The translations under genes were made by a program, and so were the position numbers. A stretch of DNA of 46,060 bases from Nemertoderma westbladi (lineage: Eukaryota; Animalia; Xenacoelomorpha), in NCBI GenBank assembly GCA_032718475.1, contig JAUCBJ010009131.1, positions 1 to 46,060 of the forward strand, in the 5' to 3' direction. This document shows, piece by piece, positions 10,510 through 22,489 of the stretch. Within the stretch, counting starts at the first letter, position 1; each line of letters opens with the position of its first letter. Under the pieces are notes generated by a model. That model searched no databases. It saw only the letters and a list, made by a program, of their open reading frames with translations, and was not told the DNA's origin.

Positions 10510-12654
10510 TAGGGGTAGGGTGGTCCAAAAAAAATTGTGATGTATTGTGATGTAAAATAAATTTTTTCTCTTGGTCTGTCTCTCCATTCACTGCCTCTTC
10601 ATTGAATTATTATCTAGGCATACTAGCATTAGTGGTTAGGCAGAAACTAGATGTTCATATTTGTTAGTATAAACAAAACATACATCCAGTATTGGTAGCT
10701 GATTCCTGGATTGACCAATTCAGCAATTTACCAGCGATTTTATATCTAATTTACAGGCTTATATTAATATATTATTGACATCCTGATGATGGAATATGAC
10801 AATGGATCAACCTGGTCCAGGAAAAAAGAGGACTAGAAATCACTTAAAACCTCCATTTATTATTGGTAGTGATTTAGAGCAATTATCACTTTCTAAGCTT
10901 CCAACAAACCAAGAGGTTCTATGTCGTTTACATTTTATGATCTCTGAGTTCCAGCATAAAGAGTGTGTTTCAGATTTGGCTGCTAGCCTAACCAATGAAG
11001 TCATCGATCTTTGGAAACGTTCTGGTGTCGAAACCATTATGATAAAGTCAATTATTAATAAGATCACACGACTCCATGAGCAATATGTAAAAGTACGAAA
11101 ATTCTGCAAAAAGACCACTGCAAAAACTATTGATTGGGTGTCATTTTTTCATGGCGAATGTTACTTAACTGTTTGACATTGCATCACATCACCTGAGGGG
11201 GAGGTAATATTAGAACGAGATGCCAACAAGGGAAACAAGATAGCCAAAGAAGATCATCAATTCCTTTAAGATTAACGGAATTTGAGAGTATTTACTACTG
11301 TATGGCAGGATTGGACAAAATACAGCGCATGCAGCAAAAGAAAGAGAAGAGATATTATTAGCCAAGCAGTTGAGAGGGGAAAATTTACAGCTGAGTAAAT
11401 TAAGGAAGGAACAGATGGAGCAGGATAAGTTAGTAGATATTACGAGTTCACAGTTCATGTAGCGAATCCACAGATCCAGACGATTCAGACCCCGACTATT
11501 TTAGTCCATCAACAACACCAGTGGTGAAGAAAAATTAATCTATCATTACCCAGAAAGTTTCAGCTGTTCTTGATCACGAATGTCTGTCTAGTAGGGCAGC
11601 AACTAGGATTATTGGTGCTGCATGTGGGTCTATGGGAGTGGAAATTGATGACATAGTACTGACCAAGTCAACTGTTATGCATAAGAGGAAGAACTATGGA
11701 AAAGATGCTGTAAGCAATTTAAAACAATGTGTCTCTAATGAAGTAGGCCTGTTTCCATTAGAGGTTAACTTCGATGGGAAACGATATAAAGAGATAGGTG
11801 GCATGAATATAAAGCCTCGTTGAGTAATTGCAGTCAGTGGTGGTCAGATATGCAATGATTTATTTCTAGGTCCACCAGAATTTAATGATGAAACAGTTCA
11901 ATCAATGGCAAACATAGTTTCAGATGTTCTTATTGAGTGGAAGTTAGAAACTGATGTAAAGCTAGTGTGTGTTGATACCACAAATTCAAACACTGGTATA
12001 GATAATGGAAGTCTGGTTCTTCTTGAAAGTAAGTTGGATCATCCATTGATTTGGTTGCGGTACTAAAGGCAGTATTTCAATCAAAAGTTAGTGGATCTAC
12101 TTCAAGTCCATATGAACCAGCATTTAGCCAATTTCGGGAAATTGACTATGAAAGTATAAAAGAGTTTATTAAAATGGAGACATAATAGACACTGTAAATA
12201 ATTTAGTAAATACTGATACATAATAGATATAATGATGTTTACAGCGTAAACACACTGTTAGGTAGCCTAGGCTACCAAATTAGCTACATCATCACATCAT
12301 TCACAATCTCAATTATAAAAACATTATACTGGCAACCGTACATGCTAGGTGTGCTATAGGTTTATCAGATATAGGTAACATGATATATCATTCTAATCAG
12401 AAAACATCAATGACCTGAAATCGGGAGGAATTATTTGATTTGGTGAACTGAAACTTAACCTAAGTTGATTTAACTCATAGGCGGAGCTAACGCGGGACAG
12501 AGTGGTAAATCGGAGACAAGATTGTCTGTCGACCGTGCCAGTATTTCTCATAGATCAATGGAGCTGTATTTTTGTTTAAATATGTTTTTAAATGTTTTGT
12601 AGCACATTGATAACTGAGCCATTGTGAAATTAAATATTTTTTTGGACCACCCTA
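10510..12654 (+). mobile_element. Decayed hAT (hATm-like) DNA transposon
   Basis: TIR tagggtggtccaaaaaaa (10516) / tttttttggaccacccta (ends 12654); 8-bp TSD gtagatat at 10502-10509 and 12655-12662; broken transposase with KLPTNQEVL..EVIDLWKRSG, EVNFDGK, VDTTNSNTG. Confidence 0.85.
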
Positions 12655-12709
12655 GTAGATATAGGCCTTAGCCTATTTTACCGGTCGACCTACATTTCAG
12701 TACCGCTAA

Positions 12710-15190
12710 GCTAAGATGGGATTTGCGTCCCCCCCCCCCCCCCCCATGTCTCCTCTTACCACAGCCAATATCTGAATAACAGGCCATCTAAAGAATTATA
12801 TGTATATATCCAGTATTTCATCATTTAGGTATTATCATTGGATGACAATAATGACAGTAGAATATAAAAACTGAAAGGTGACAAAGGTGTGTGTAACGTA
12901 ATAAGAAAGTATGTAACATTATTAGAAAAGAAGAAGTCCACATTTGATAGGGAGCTCTTGGCTATATACCTTGCATTGAAACACTTCCCGTGGTTCACTT
13001 CCCTGAGTTCACTATCCGAACTGATCACAAACCATTAACAAACGCAATGGAAATGAAAATTCCAACACCACAACAAACACGTTGGTTGTCATTTATTCTA
13101 TAACATAATTGTAAAATCAAATATATATGGGGCGTTGAAAATATAGTAGCCGATGCCCTGTCTCGTACAGACTCATCAGATAATGATGTCATAAGTGGTA
13201 GTTGTCCAGACATAGAAATTGCCAATTACAGTTGTTGCGTAGTTGTTGATGCAAATGAATCGCTAGCCAGAGAACAATCTGAGGACAAGGATTTGCAAAC
13301 ATTTTTTGCGAAGACTTCACTCCCACTCAAGAAACTGTCGATTGGAAATCAAACACTTTGTGATGATTCAACGGATATACATCGACCATATTTACCAACA
13401 GATAGCCGTCGCAAAGTCTTTGAACAAATCCATAATTTATCCCATCCAGGACCTAAAGCAACCCTAAAGATAATAACAAAAAGGTGCATTTGGCCAGGAA
13501 TCAACAAAGAGGTCAAAACATGGTCAAAAGAGTGTAAGGATTGCCAATCCTCAAAAATAACGAGGCATACAAAGACTCCTATTAAAACGATTCCAACAAC
13601 AACCAGATTTCATAGCTTACATATTGATATTGTCGGACCTTTGCCACAATCGAATGGTTACAAATATTTGATAACTATAATAGACCGATTTACTCATTGG
13701 TTCGAAGTTGTGCCTGCAAGTGGTATCACGACTCAAACAGTAGCAAATGCATTAGTTCGAAACTGGATTTCACGATTTGGTGTCCCTAGAATTTTGATCA
13801 GTGATCAGGGTGGCCAATTCGAATCACAAATTTGGGGCTATTTAATGGAGAGGCTTGGAATCGAAAAAAAAGAACCATCGTATCATCCTGCATGCAAAAT
13901 GGAGCGATAGAAAGATTCCATCGACAATTAAAGAACTCAATCCGGGCTTCTTGTAAGTCTTCAAGTTGGTATTATATTTAATAATATTTACATTATTCAA
14001 TATTATTCGTTACCTCTGATCCTATTGGGTATCAGAAATACCATCGGCGAATGTGGTCATTCTCCCTCACAGTTAACGCATGACTGAAACCAATCTACCT
14101 TGTGATTATTTTATAGATATTTCCCCAGAGTATGACCTACCAAACAACTCATTTGTGGAAAAGCTATTTGGAAATATGAGGAAAATATATCCGCCTGAAA
14201 GAAATCATAAACTTGATAACTACATTCCTAAGGAATTAGCTACGGCTACACATATTTGGTTGCGGCAAGAGGTTCGCAAATCATCACTTCAGAGACCATA
14301 TCGTGGACCATATAAAGTTCTAACTCGCAAGGATAAAACTCTGGAGATTGAGCTCGATGGCTATCCATGTCGAGTTTCCCTTGATCGAGTAAAACCGGCA
14401 TTCTTATCATCAGCTTTAATTTCACAATTAAAGAGGAAGAAACTAGTTACATTCTTAATAATTCCTCGTATACATTACTATACATAATATAAAACAACTC
14501 ATTTACGTCAATAAATCATAGGTCTCAGCCTAAGATTAGGGGGAGTAATGTAACGTTCTAATGAACTCTTGTGTAATAATTATTATTGTTGAAAGTGCAC
14601 TTTATTAGCCTGTATCATAGGATATAATACATAGGAGTAATATAGCTGTTAATGCCATATGTTTGTCCTGAGTTAACCTTGTATAGTGCCAGAGTATTAT
14701 AAGATATGGTGATGGTGCTGAAAAAGATTATTAAATCATTTAGACCAATTTAATTATATTATACTGAAGAAAACAATATTCATAACTTTCAAGTTGTTAG
14801 ATATTACAGTGTGTGCGTGCGTGGGCGAGCCACGAATGGTAATAACAAATAGGGCTTAAGGGGGTTAATCTTTGCCACAAAACAAAACATGGCAGACAAG
14901 TAGTCTATAAAAAGTTTAGAAATTCTACATAGGGCCTGATAGTACATTGTCAGCTGGACAGACTTTTGTACTGTATTAGTATTCCTCGACAACGGTCCAC
15001 TAATTGTACCACTATGCTATGGCTCATCTTTACTTTGTGCTGCGCTAAGGCACCTTTCTGCCTTTACAGCTTTAGTGTTAACTAAATATTGTATATCGGT
15101 ATTATTATTATTATTATTATTTGTTCATTAATATTGTAATATAAAGAGACAGGGGGGGGGGGGGGGACTGGACGTAAATCCCATCTTGGC
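12710..15190. mobile_element. MITE-like element with ~45-bp TIRs hosting the deleted Gypsy copy
   Basis: gctaagatgggatttgcgtcc-(C)n-atgtctc versus gagaca-(G)n-actggacgtaaatcccatcttggc; TSD not resolved. Confidence 0.65.
12892..14808 (+). mobile_element. Internally deleted Ty3/Gypsy LTR retrotransposon: RNase H-integrase remnant + 3' LTR (14549-14808)
   Basis: STFDRELLAIY, TDHKPL, NIVADALSR, HNLSHPG..CKDCQ, HIDIVGPLP, ISDQGGQFES, RPYRGPYKV; PPT tagggggag; LTR TGTAA..TTACA; gtgtg flanks both ends. Confidence 0.9.
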
Positions 15191-17216
15191 GAATTAATAT
15201 CCTGCCTCAATGTTTAATTCTCAATTTCGGGAAAGGAGCAGGTTACAGTGGTACGTTATTTTAACCAACACAATAAACTAAACACAATAGAATAGGTTAC
15301 AGTTTTATTTTTGCTCGTAATCAGCTGTTATTTGCGTCGAATTTCCCCTGGAGAGGGATGAATTTTTATTGCTTCCAGTTCCCCCCCCCCCCCCCTATCT
15401 GAATATAAAATACGAAATTAACTATATAAACAGTGGAGCATTTAATAGCATCTCATTAGATTATCAGTAGTGTTCTAGTTGAGAAAAAGATATTGTTTTT
15501 CTTTGTTGTAAGTCACTTTTTTTTGTCATAGTCGTTAAGAAGTTTGACAAAAAAAAGAACATTTTTTTTGTCAACAAAAAAAGTAATGATGAAATAAATT
15601 TCAAAGTAATTTCCATGACATTGATTTTTTATACTAGCTAGTTTTTGCTAATTTTTATAACTGTTATAGAACACGTGTTAGCTTGTATTCTTGTTAGTTT
15701 TAAGGTTAAAAATTAACATACCAAGGAGAACTCGTAGAGCACACCTAAACGGAATTCAGTAAATTGGTAATACAAAACAATAAAATAATTTATCACGTAT
15801 TACATTAAATGAAACGATTTACTGTGCAATATGGTAAACTAAATAGAATGTACATTATTTTGACAATTTTATTTAATTAAATATAAAAGGCACTGAAGAA
15901 TTAGAAAATAAATCGATATTTATTCATGTGATGTGAGAGTAAAAAAGATGTATTATAATATTAAATATATACTGTAAGATGCACTAAAAATGGTAATGGA
16001 ATTATAAATATATATACATATGATTTGAGAGTAAAAAGTAAAAATAAAAATACGTATTCAAGGTTAGCAATATTCAAATAATTTCATGTTAAATGTGTGG
16101 TTTAGATTTTATTTATTAAGCCTTGGAATAATGTCGACAAGGGAGTTACATCTTGCGGCTGTGTATCCATGGCAACCCGGTTGATCTGGGATATGAGGAT
16201 CTGATAAAAGCCTTATATTAATAAATTGGTCAAACTATGGGTACCGGTACCCATTTACCCAAGGTGTAGTAATGCCCGTATTTCACTGTATGGAAGAATA
16301 TTAATCATAACTTAATTAATCATTGACGTAATAATATTCGATGGACGATATTTATGCTGAAATAGGCCCAGATAAAAGTGAGAAAACTTCCAACAAATAA
16401 AACGACGTAACTGGCAAAAAGTAATATCCCCCCCCCCCCCCCCCTAATTTTTCTACAACTGAGATATCTTAATATTCCACAATATGATGTATTTATTAAA
16501 TATAATAAAATAGCCTCGCGCAGGTGCATAATCATGCAACATTTGAACGCCCGTATCTCAGCTATTTTTAAACGAAATTCAACATATTCTGCATACCAGG
16601 TATTTGAATTGAATAGAGTTGAATTTGAATTTAAGTTGAATATATCAACATATTCTTCAACATGTATCACATTCTACATCTACATAATATTTTGATTCCT
16701 TGCAGGGCCAGCTTTCCAGTGGTACCAACAAACAGCTATTAGAAGAATAACTGCGGTGGGACTGGTGTAATATCGCCGTATACACTTTTTTAAACGCTTG
16801 TACCGGTAGCTAAAAATTGAAAGCAAAAATAACAATTATGGCTCAACCAGTCAGTGGTCGGGAAGTGAAACTATCTCTGTTTCAAATTTCATGCAATCTC
16901 ATTAAGATTTCTGGAAAAATTTGGGGGGGGGGGGGTGGTCACTGAATACTGATATTGATGTGTTCCCAACCATATATGTAATATAATATATGAGGTCATA
17001 ATATATATAATGTATAATATAATATCAGTCATCAGTGGGTCCAGTGCTAGTATTGCTAGCCTGGTACAGATACAATAGCTATGTAGATATATCAGTACTG
17101 CTGTACATACATAGTCCAACCCGTCACCCAAGACAGTATACGGCATGGCCTATAAGGATATAACAACTCTTTTTTTTTTTTTTTTTTTTCAAAGTTCAAA
17201 CATCAGAGTTAGTTTT

Positions 17217-19898
17217 TTAATCCAAATTAAAAGTAACATGTTTAGGAGCGTTACGTTGACTGCGTCGCAATGGTGTAACTTCCGGTTCGGGGGATTGTGA
17301 GTCTACCATAGATTCACTTCTAGACTGAGAGTAATTTTCCGGTTCATTATATGGCCGTATAAACCTGCGATTTCGCCAATACGTTCGACCGGATGGTAAT
17401 TTAACCATGTAATCACGTCGCGCACCAACGCCAATAATATCTCCGACTATGTCCCATCGTTTGGACTGCATATTCTGTACTCTGACTTTGTCTCCAACTT
17501 TGAATGGTGGTAAGTTTTTCGACCCGTGGTTATAATATGTTTCTACTTTATCCCTAATAATAGTTCGTTTAGAATCCAATTCTTCGGCATCCAATTGCCA
17601 TTGGGGAGAGAATGAAGAGTGGTGGGTAGGTACTCGTGATCGTAAGTTATTTCCGAATACGAGTTGGTTTGGGGACTTCCCATCACTGCGGGGTGTGTTC
17701 CTCAGTTCCAATAATGCTTCCTGGAATTCTTCTGCATCGATATGAATATTCGGCATCTTTGAGAGTAGTGTTTTAATAGATTTAACGGGCGACTCCGCAT
17801 GTCCGTTACTTTGGGGGTAATAAGGTGTACTGGTAACGTGGTTTACACCCCAATGCTTTAAGAATATTCGGAATTTGGAGGACGCAAACTGTGGCCCCCC
17901 GTCCGAACGAAGGTAGATGGGTACGCCAGTATCAACAAAGAATTTTCGAATAATAGAAATGACCTTTGAGGAATCCGGGTCATTTCGCCACTCGGCGACT
18001 AGAGGGTACCCTGAAAATCGATCCAAGTAAACTAAGTAGTGGTAACCTCCGAGAGTAAATACATCCGTAGAAACAGATTCGAAGATTCGAGTAGGTACTG
18101 CGTCGAATATAATTTCTTCCTTTGGTTGACTTGTTTGTCGTTCCTGACATAAGTTACAACATTCAATTAGTTGCGTTATTTCATTTGTTATACCTGGCCA
18201 ATATACCGCACAACGGGCTCTCTGCTTTGTGCGAACAATACCCTGGTGGGCCGCATGGAGGTGCTGGAGGACTTCTCTCCGTTTATCTTTAGGTATAACG
18301 ATACGATTTACATATAATACCAGGCCCTTGTCGATTGATAAATAATCCCAAATCGATTTGAATTTCTGTACAAAGACAAAGGGATGTCGATCACAATTAT
18401 TTGTAAAAGACGATTGGATGGCAGTGATTAATGCCTGGTAGTCGTTATCGTTTTGGCCAGATAGTCGTATATCATCCAAAACCGGGTCAATAATTTTATC
18501 ATTAATTTCATCTGCACAGACGACAATTGCAATGGAGTTTACAGCAGTGGAGTATTGGAAGCTTTCCGGTTCATTATTTTCCTCGTCCGGATCGTCCACA
18601 GGTGCCCGACTTAAACAGTCTGATATGCAATGCTGCTTACAACTACGCCATTTAACGATAAATTGGTAATTTGATTGTAAATCCGCCTTGACTTTTTGCA
18701 GTTTAGCATTATCAACCTGGCTAAGAGAATACGAATTAAATATGTTAATCAATGGTCGGTGGTCTGTAATGACTGTAAATTCTGGAATTCCTGATAAATA
18801 TAAATGACATTTCTTAACTGCATACTGGATAGCGAGTGCCTCGAGTTCGATGATGGCGTAACAGCTTTCCGGGTCCGACAGAAATCGACTGCCGCATAGG
18901 ATTAAACGCCAGTTTCCTTCTTGATATTGCATCAAGTTGAATCCAAATCCATGTAAACGTGAGGCGTCGGTTTCCAATCGGGTTTCTTTGTTCGGGTCAA
19001 AGCGATCCAATACAGGCGGTCTAGTGAGGGCACTTTTAGTATTATTGAACGCCTCAGTGTGGACAGGAAGCCATGTGAAGCTGTTGTGTGTCCGTAATAG
19101 ATCTCGTAATGGGCCTGCAGTCGCGCTGACATCCGAACTGAAATGTCCCAGTTGGTTGGCCATTCCCATGAAAGAACGTAAATCGGTAATATTCTGTGGT
19201 ATGGGAAGGTCGATTATTGCTTTAACAATATTAGGATTGGCCTCGGTACCATTGCCAGATACAATATAACCAGCATATAATAGTTTATCTACCGCAAAGT
19301 TGAATTTATTTGGGTTAAGGGTTATTGAATGTTTCCGACAGCGTTCTAGAACTTCACGAACCCGTAATATGTGGTTGTCAAAGTTGTCATCTTCAATTAG
19401 TATGTCGTCTACAACCTTTGTGACTCTAGAGATGCCTTTCAAGGCCAAATCTCCCCTGAGATTGTATGAATCTCCTGTAGAAATGTATCCCATTGGGGCG
19501 CGGCAATACCGGAAGCGGCCCCATGGAGTGAGGAATGTAGTGAAGTCGCGCGAATTTTCCTCGAGTTCAACTTGCCAGTATCCTTTGGTGGCATCGAGGG
19601 ATGAGAATATTTTAGCTGAAGGAGTAATATTTGATACGGCATCGAAAGGTGTGATAGCATTATGTATGGTGCGGTTAACTTGGGAGTTCAGTTTCGTTAA
19701 ATCCGCAGTGATTCGAACACCTCCGTTTGGTTTTTTGGCCACTACCATGGGGTGGCACCAGGGAACTGCACGGTCTCCAACTCGTTCGATAATATTCTTT
19801 TTCACCATATCCTCAATTTCTATTCTTGTTTTCTCGCGTAAAGGAAATGGAATGGAGCGGGCTGCATATATTGCAAATGGGACAGATGGGATTTTCAC
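17217..19898 (-). CDS. Gypsy pol (RT, RNase H, integrase)
   Basis: LDATKGYWQ, RAPMG, VVDDIL, ETDAS, YAIIELE, TDHRPL, HAAHQG..CNLC, RSDGGPQF, PQSNGHAE. Confidence 0.95.
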   Translation of the reverse strand: MKIPSVPFAIYAARSIPFPLREKTRIEIEDMVKKNIIERVGDRAVPWCHPMVVAKKPNGGVRITADLTKLNSQVNRTIHNAITPFDAVSNITPSAKIFSSLDATKGYWQVELEENSRDFTTFLTPWGRFRYCRAPMGYISTGDSYNLRGDLALKGISRVTKVVDDILIEDDNFDNHILRVREVLERCRKHSITLNPNKFNFAVDKLLYAGYIVSGNGTEANPNIVKAIIDLPIPQNITDLRSFMGMANQLGHFSSDVSATAGPLRDLLRTHNSFTWLPVHTEAFNNTKSALTRPPVLDRFDPNKETRLETDASRLHGFGFNLMQYQEGNWRLILCGSRFLSDPESCYAIIELEALAIQYAVKKCHLYLSGIPEFTVITDHRPLINIFNSYSLSQVDNAKLQKVKADLQSNYQFIVKWRSCKQHCISDCLSRAPVDDPDEENNEPESFQYSTAVNSIAIVVCADEINDKIIDPVLDDIRLSGQNDNDYQALITAIQSSFTNNCDRHPFVFVQKFKSIWDYLSIDKGLVLYVNRIVIPKDKRREVLQHLHAAHQGIVRTKQRARCAVYWPGITNEITQLIECCNLCQERQTSQPKEEIIFDAVPTRIFESVSTDVFTLGGYHYLVYLDRFSGYPLVAEWRNDPDSSKVISIIRKFFVDTGVPIYLRSDGGPQFASSKFRIFLKHWGVNHVTSTPYYPQSNGHAESPVKSIKTLLSKMPNIHIDAEEFQEALLELRNTPRSDGKSPNQLVFGNNLRSRVPTHHSSFSPQWQLDAEELDSKRTIIRDKVETYYNHGSKNLPPFKVGDKVRVQNMQSKRWDIVGDIIGVGARRDYMVKLPSGRTYWRNRRFIRPYNEPENYSQSRSESMVDSQSPEPEVTPLRRSQRNAPKHVTFNLD

Positions 19899-21613
19899 GA
19901 AGCTCTATTACCATTGGTGGGCAGTCCATCATTTTAAGTTGCTCTGATGAGTCGAAAACGTCATGGAATTCGGAAAGTAATGATTGTTTGATTTCATCCT
20001 TAACTTGGTTAACATCATTTACTGGACGTATGGAACGGGATTGTGGAATTGGGATGGGAAATTCCCTATGCACAATTCCTAGATGACGGCAAGCTGTAAG
20101 GCATAGATAAACATCATTGTGTGGTATATCCCTGCAGATACCTATATTCTCAGAATATATGTTGCCGGATGTACATTCCATGAGTTTAATTTGAAGAATA
20201 CCGAGTGTATCGAGACTAGAACCATTTACTCCAATAAGATTTTTGGTATTCGTACTTAAACTGTCAACATTGATATGTAGTTTGTGTAGTAAACCCATAC
20301 CGGAAACTGTCATTTCAGCTCCCATATCGGCGATAACTTTGTGTGTGCCGAGGTAAACGTTGTCAGCTTCTCTATAAAACTCAATCTCGACATATGGTTT
20401 TGCGGAGTAATTTGTAACTGTAGCAATTAGTACTGCATTGTTTTTATGTCCCGAATTTTGAGAATTGGGAGGATTTGTATTTTTAGACCGACAAACTGGC
20501 TGTAAGTGTCCCTTTTTGCCGCATGCGTTGCAAGTTGAATCCTTTGCCTTGCATTGTTTAGATTCCTCGTGTGGCCATTCTCCTCCACAACGGTAGCATC
20601 GTCTCCCAGGTCTGGATTTTGATGCGCTCCGATTTCTACTCCTATCGCCCCCGGATTTTTATTTTTAATATTTGTTTTTGTATTGGGTGCGACCACGGGT
20701 ATTCGCGTTTACCGCCTGGCCCTTTGAAGCCGATCGCAGTTTGGCCTCATCACGCTCTGCTAACTCACGATTACGACATAGAGTGAGAGTATCGATGAGG
20801 TTGAGTGCTGGTTTCTTTGAAAGGAGTTCCTGACGGACTTCCTCATTGCGGAGACCGCAGACGATTAGTGTTGCCAACCAATCGTCAGCTGTCATTGTAC
20901 GCAGCTCTGCATCATCCGCTAACTCGCAAAGTTTTAAGTAAAAATCATCGATGGGCTCCTTATCTTGCTGGCATCTACGAACTAGTTGGTACCTGTCAAC
21001 CGCCACATTACGCTGTGACTTTAAGTACTGTCGGATCTGGGTTAACACCTCATTGACAGATTGGTTTGTATCCTGTGGAATTCCAACTATTCGATCGATT
21101 CGCTGTAAGAATTCTGGAGTGCAGAATGTCCAGAATGTAGATATCTGGTCTCGGCGGGGTTTCGAGTTTAACGACTCGTTGGTAATTAGTCCAGCTGGTT
21201 TCCCATCTTTTAAACCCATTGTAATCTATGCTATCATCTAGCGGATCAGGGGGTCGCACTGTAATGCGGATCGCGTCCCTGATAGTCGACGGATGGTAAG
21301 TATGTGTAGCATGAGTACCTGTAGTAGGTGAGGCATTGTTGCCCAACGCCCCGAGTATGCGTGTCAACTCCAAATCATGGAGGCGTCGTTCCTCCTCTCG
21401 CTCAATCCGTCGCTCCGCTTCCCGTACTTCTTCCTTTGCGGTCATCATAGAGAATAATTGGTTAATGTAAGTAGCAGTATCCAAGGGTGGCTGTGTATCC
21501 ACACCCGGAGGTTGGGTTTCATTATCTTCGTGTTCTGGATCGGATCGGATTGCATCCCACAGTAATTTCCGGAGTCGCACTGTAGACGATTTCACGTCGT
21601 AAGGGATGTTCAA
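19880..21613 (-). pseudogene. Gypsy gag + protease, interrupted
   Basis: Frameshift between the 21613 and 21219 frames; in-frame TAA-AAA-TAA near 20660; zinc knuckles CYRCGGEWPH..C and CNACGKKGHLQPVC; protease site reads IADMGA; frameshift near 19885. Confidence 0.88.
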
Positions 21614-22139
21614 TGCCGTGAAATAGGCTTTGACATCGTCCCTGCTTAATAGGGGGAGTTCGTCGTATGTGAGTTAAAAAACTTCCTCGCGTAAGGGAAT
21701 TGGCGACGCCATACCGAATCGCAGTACCGGTAGGTTGACGGATAGCAGGATAGAGCAATACGATACCGGTACCCAGCCGTTTATTACAGTATTAATTATG
21801 TATCTGTGATGCTGAAAATAATCCTACACACTGCGCCATGATGTGTTCCCAACCATATATGTAATATAATATATGAGGTCATAATATATATAATGTATAA
21901 TATAATATCAGTCATCAGTGGGTCCAGTGCTAGTATTGCTAGCCTGGTACAGATACAATAGCTATGTAGATATATCAGTACTGCTGTACATACATAGTCC
22001 AACCCGTCACCCAAGACAGTATCCGGCATGGCCTATAAGGATATAACAGATATATTGACATTACATTCATCATAGTCGGCTTTTTGCCGGCGGAATATTC
22101 GCTTGGCTAAAAGGCCGCTAATACTGTATAGCCAGCTTT

Positions 22140-22245
22140 TAAGGAGGGGGGGGGGGGGGGGGGGGGTCTCAAGATGGATCGTTACTAAGTAGGGTGGGGA
22201 TCGAAAAATTGGCCAAAATTGCATTACGTAATTTATGAATAGCCC
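22140..22245. mobile_element. PIF/Harbinger-like MITE terminus remnant
   Basis: (G)n..ggccaaaattgcattacgtaatttatgaatagccc; a similar end lies at ~32184-32211; family call from recalled terminal pattern only. Confidence 0.4.
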
Positions 22246-22489
22246 AATATACTGGTACGGCCACACGTACTGCCACTGTAATAATATACAGTAATTAATC
22301 TAAAAATACAGTAGCGAGTATAGCTGTACAATCTCTCTCCTAACATATTGGCTTGTAGCATTACCAGTTGCCGGGTAGCATATAACTGTCCAACGAGAAG
22401 ACAGAGTTCAAAAATCCTTTAGAAGGCCTATGTTATAATTATTGGAAGAGTTATATATGGTCATTCATTTGTTGTTCTATTTGCTACAG

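Larger units (their letters stand above)
16956..22048 (-). mobile_element. Full-length Ty3/Gypsy (Mag-clade-like) LTR retrotransposon, defective
   Basis: 210-bp LTRs at 16956-17165 and 21839-22048 (one difference seen); 5-bp TSD gatat; PBS TGGCGCAGTGTGTAGGATT (tRNA-Ser-like); A-rich PPT; order gag-PR-RT-RH-IN. Confidence 0.97.

Noticed and set aside
16889-17146. Twin ORFs here and at 21796-22029
   Set aside because: Chance frames through the duplicated LTR
19944-19960. CTGATGA..GAAA hammerhead-like core
   Set aside because: Lies within Gypsy coding sequence and no flanking stems are evident
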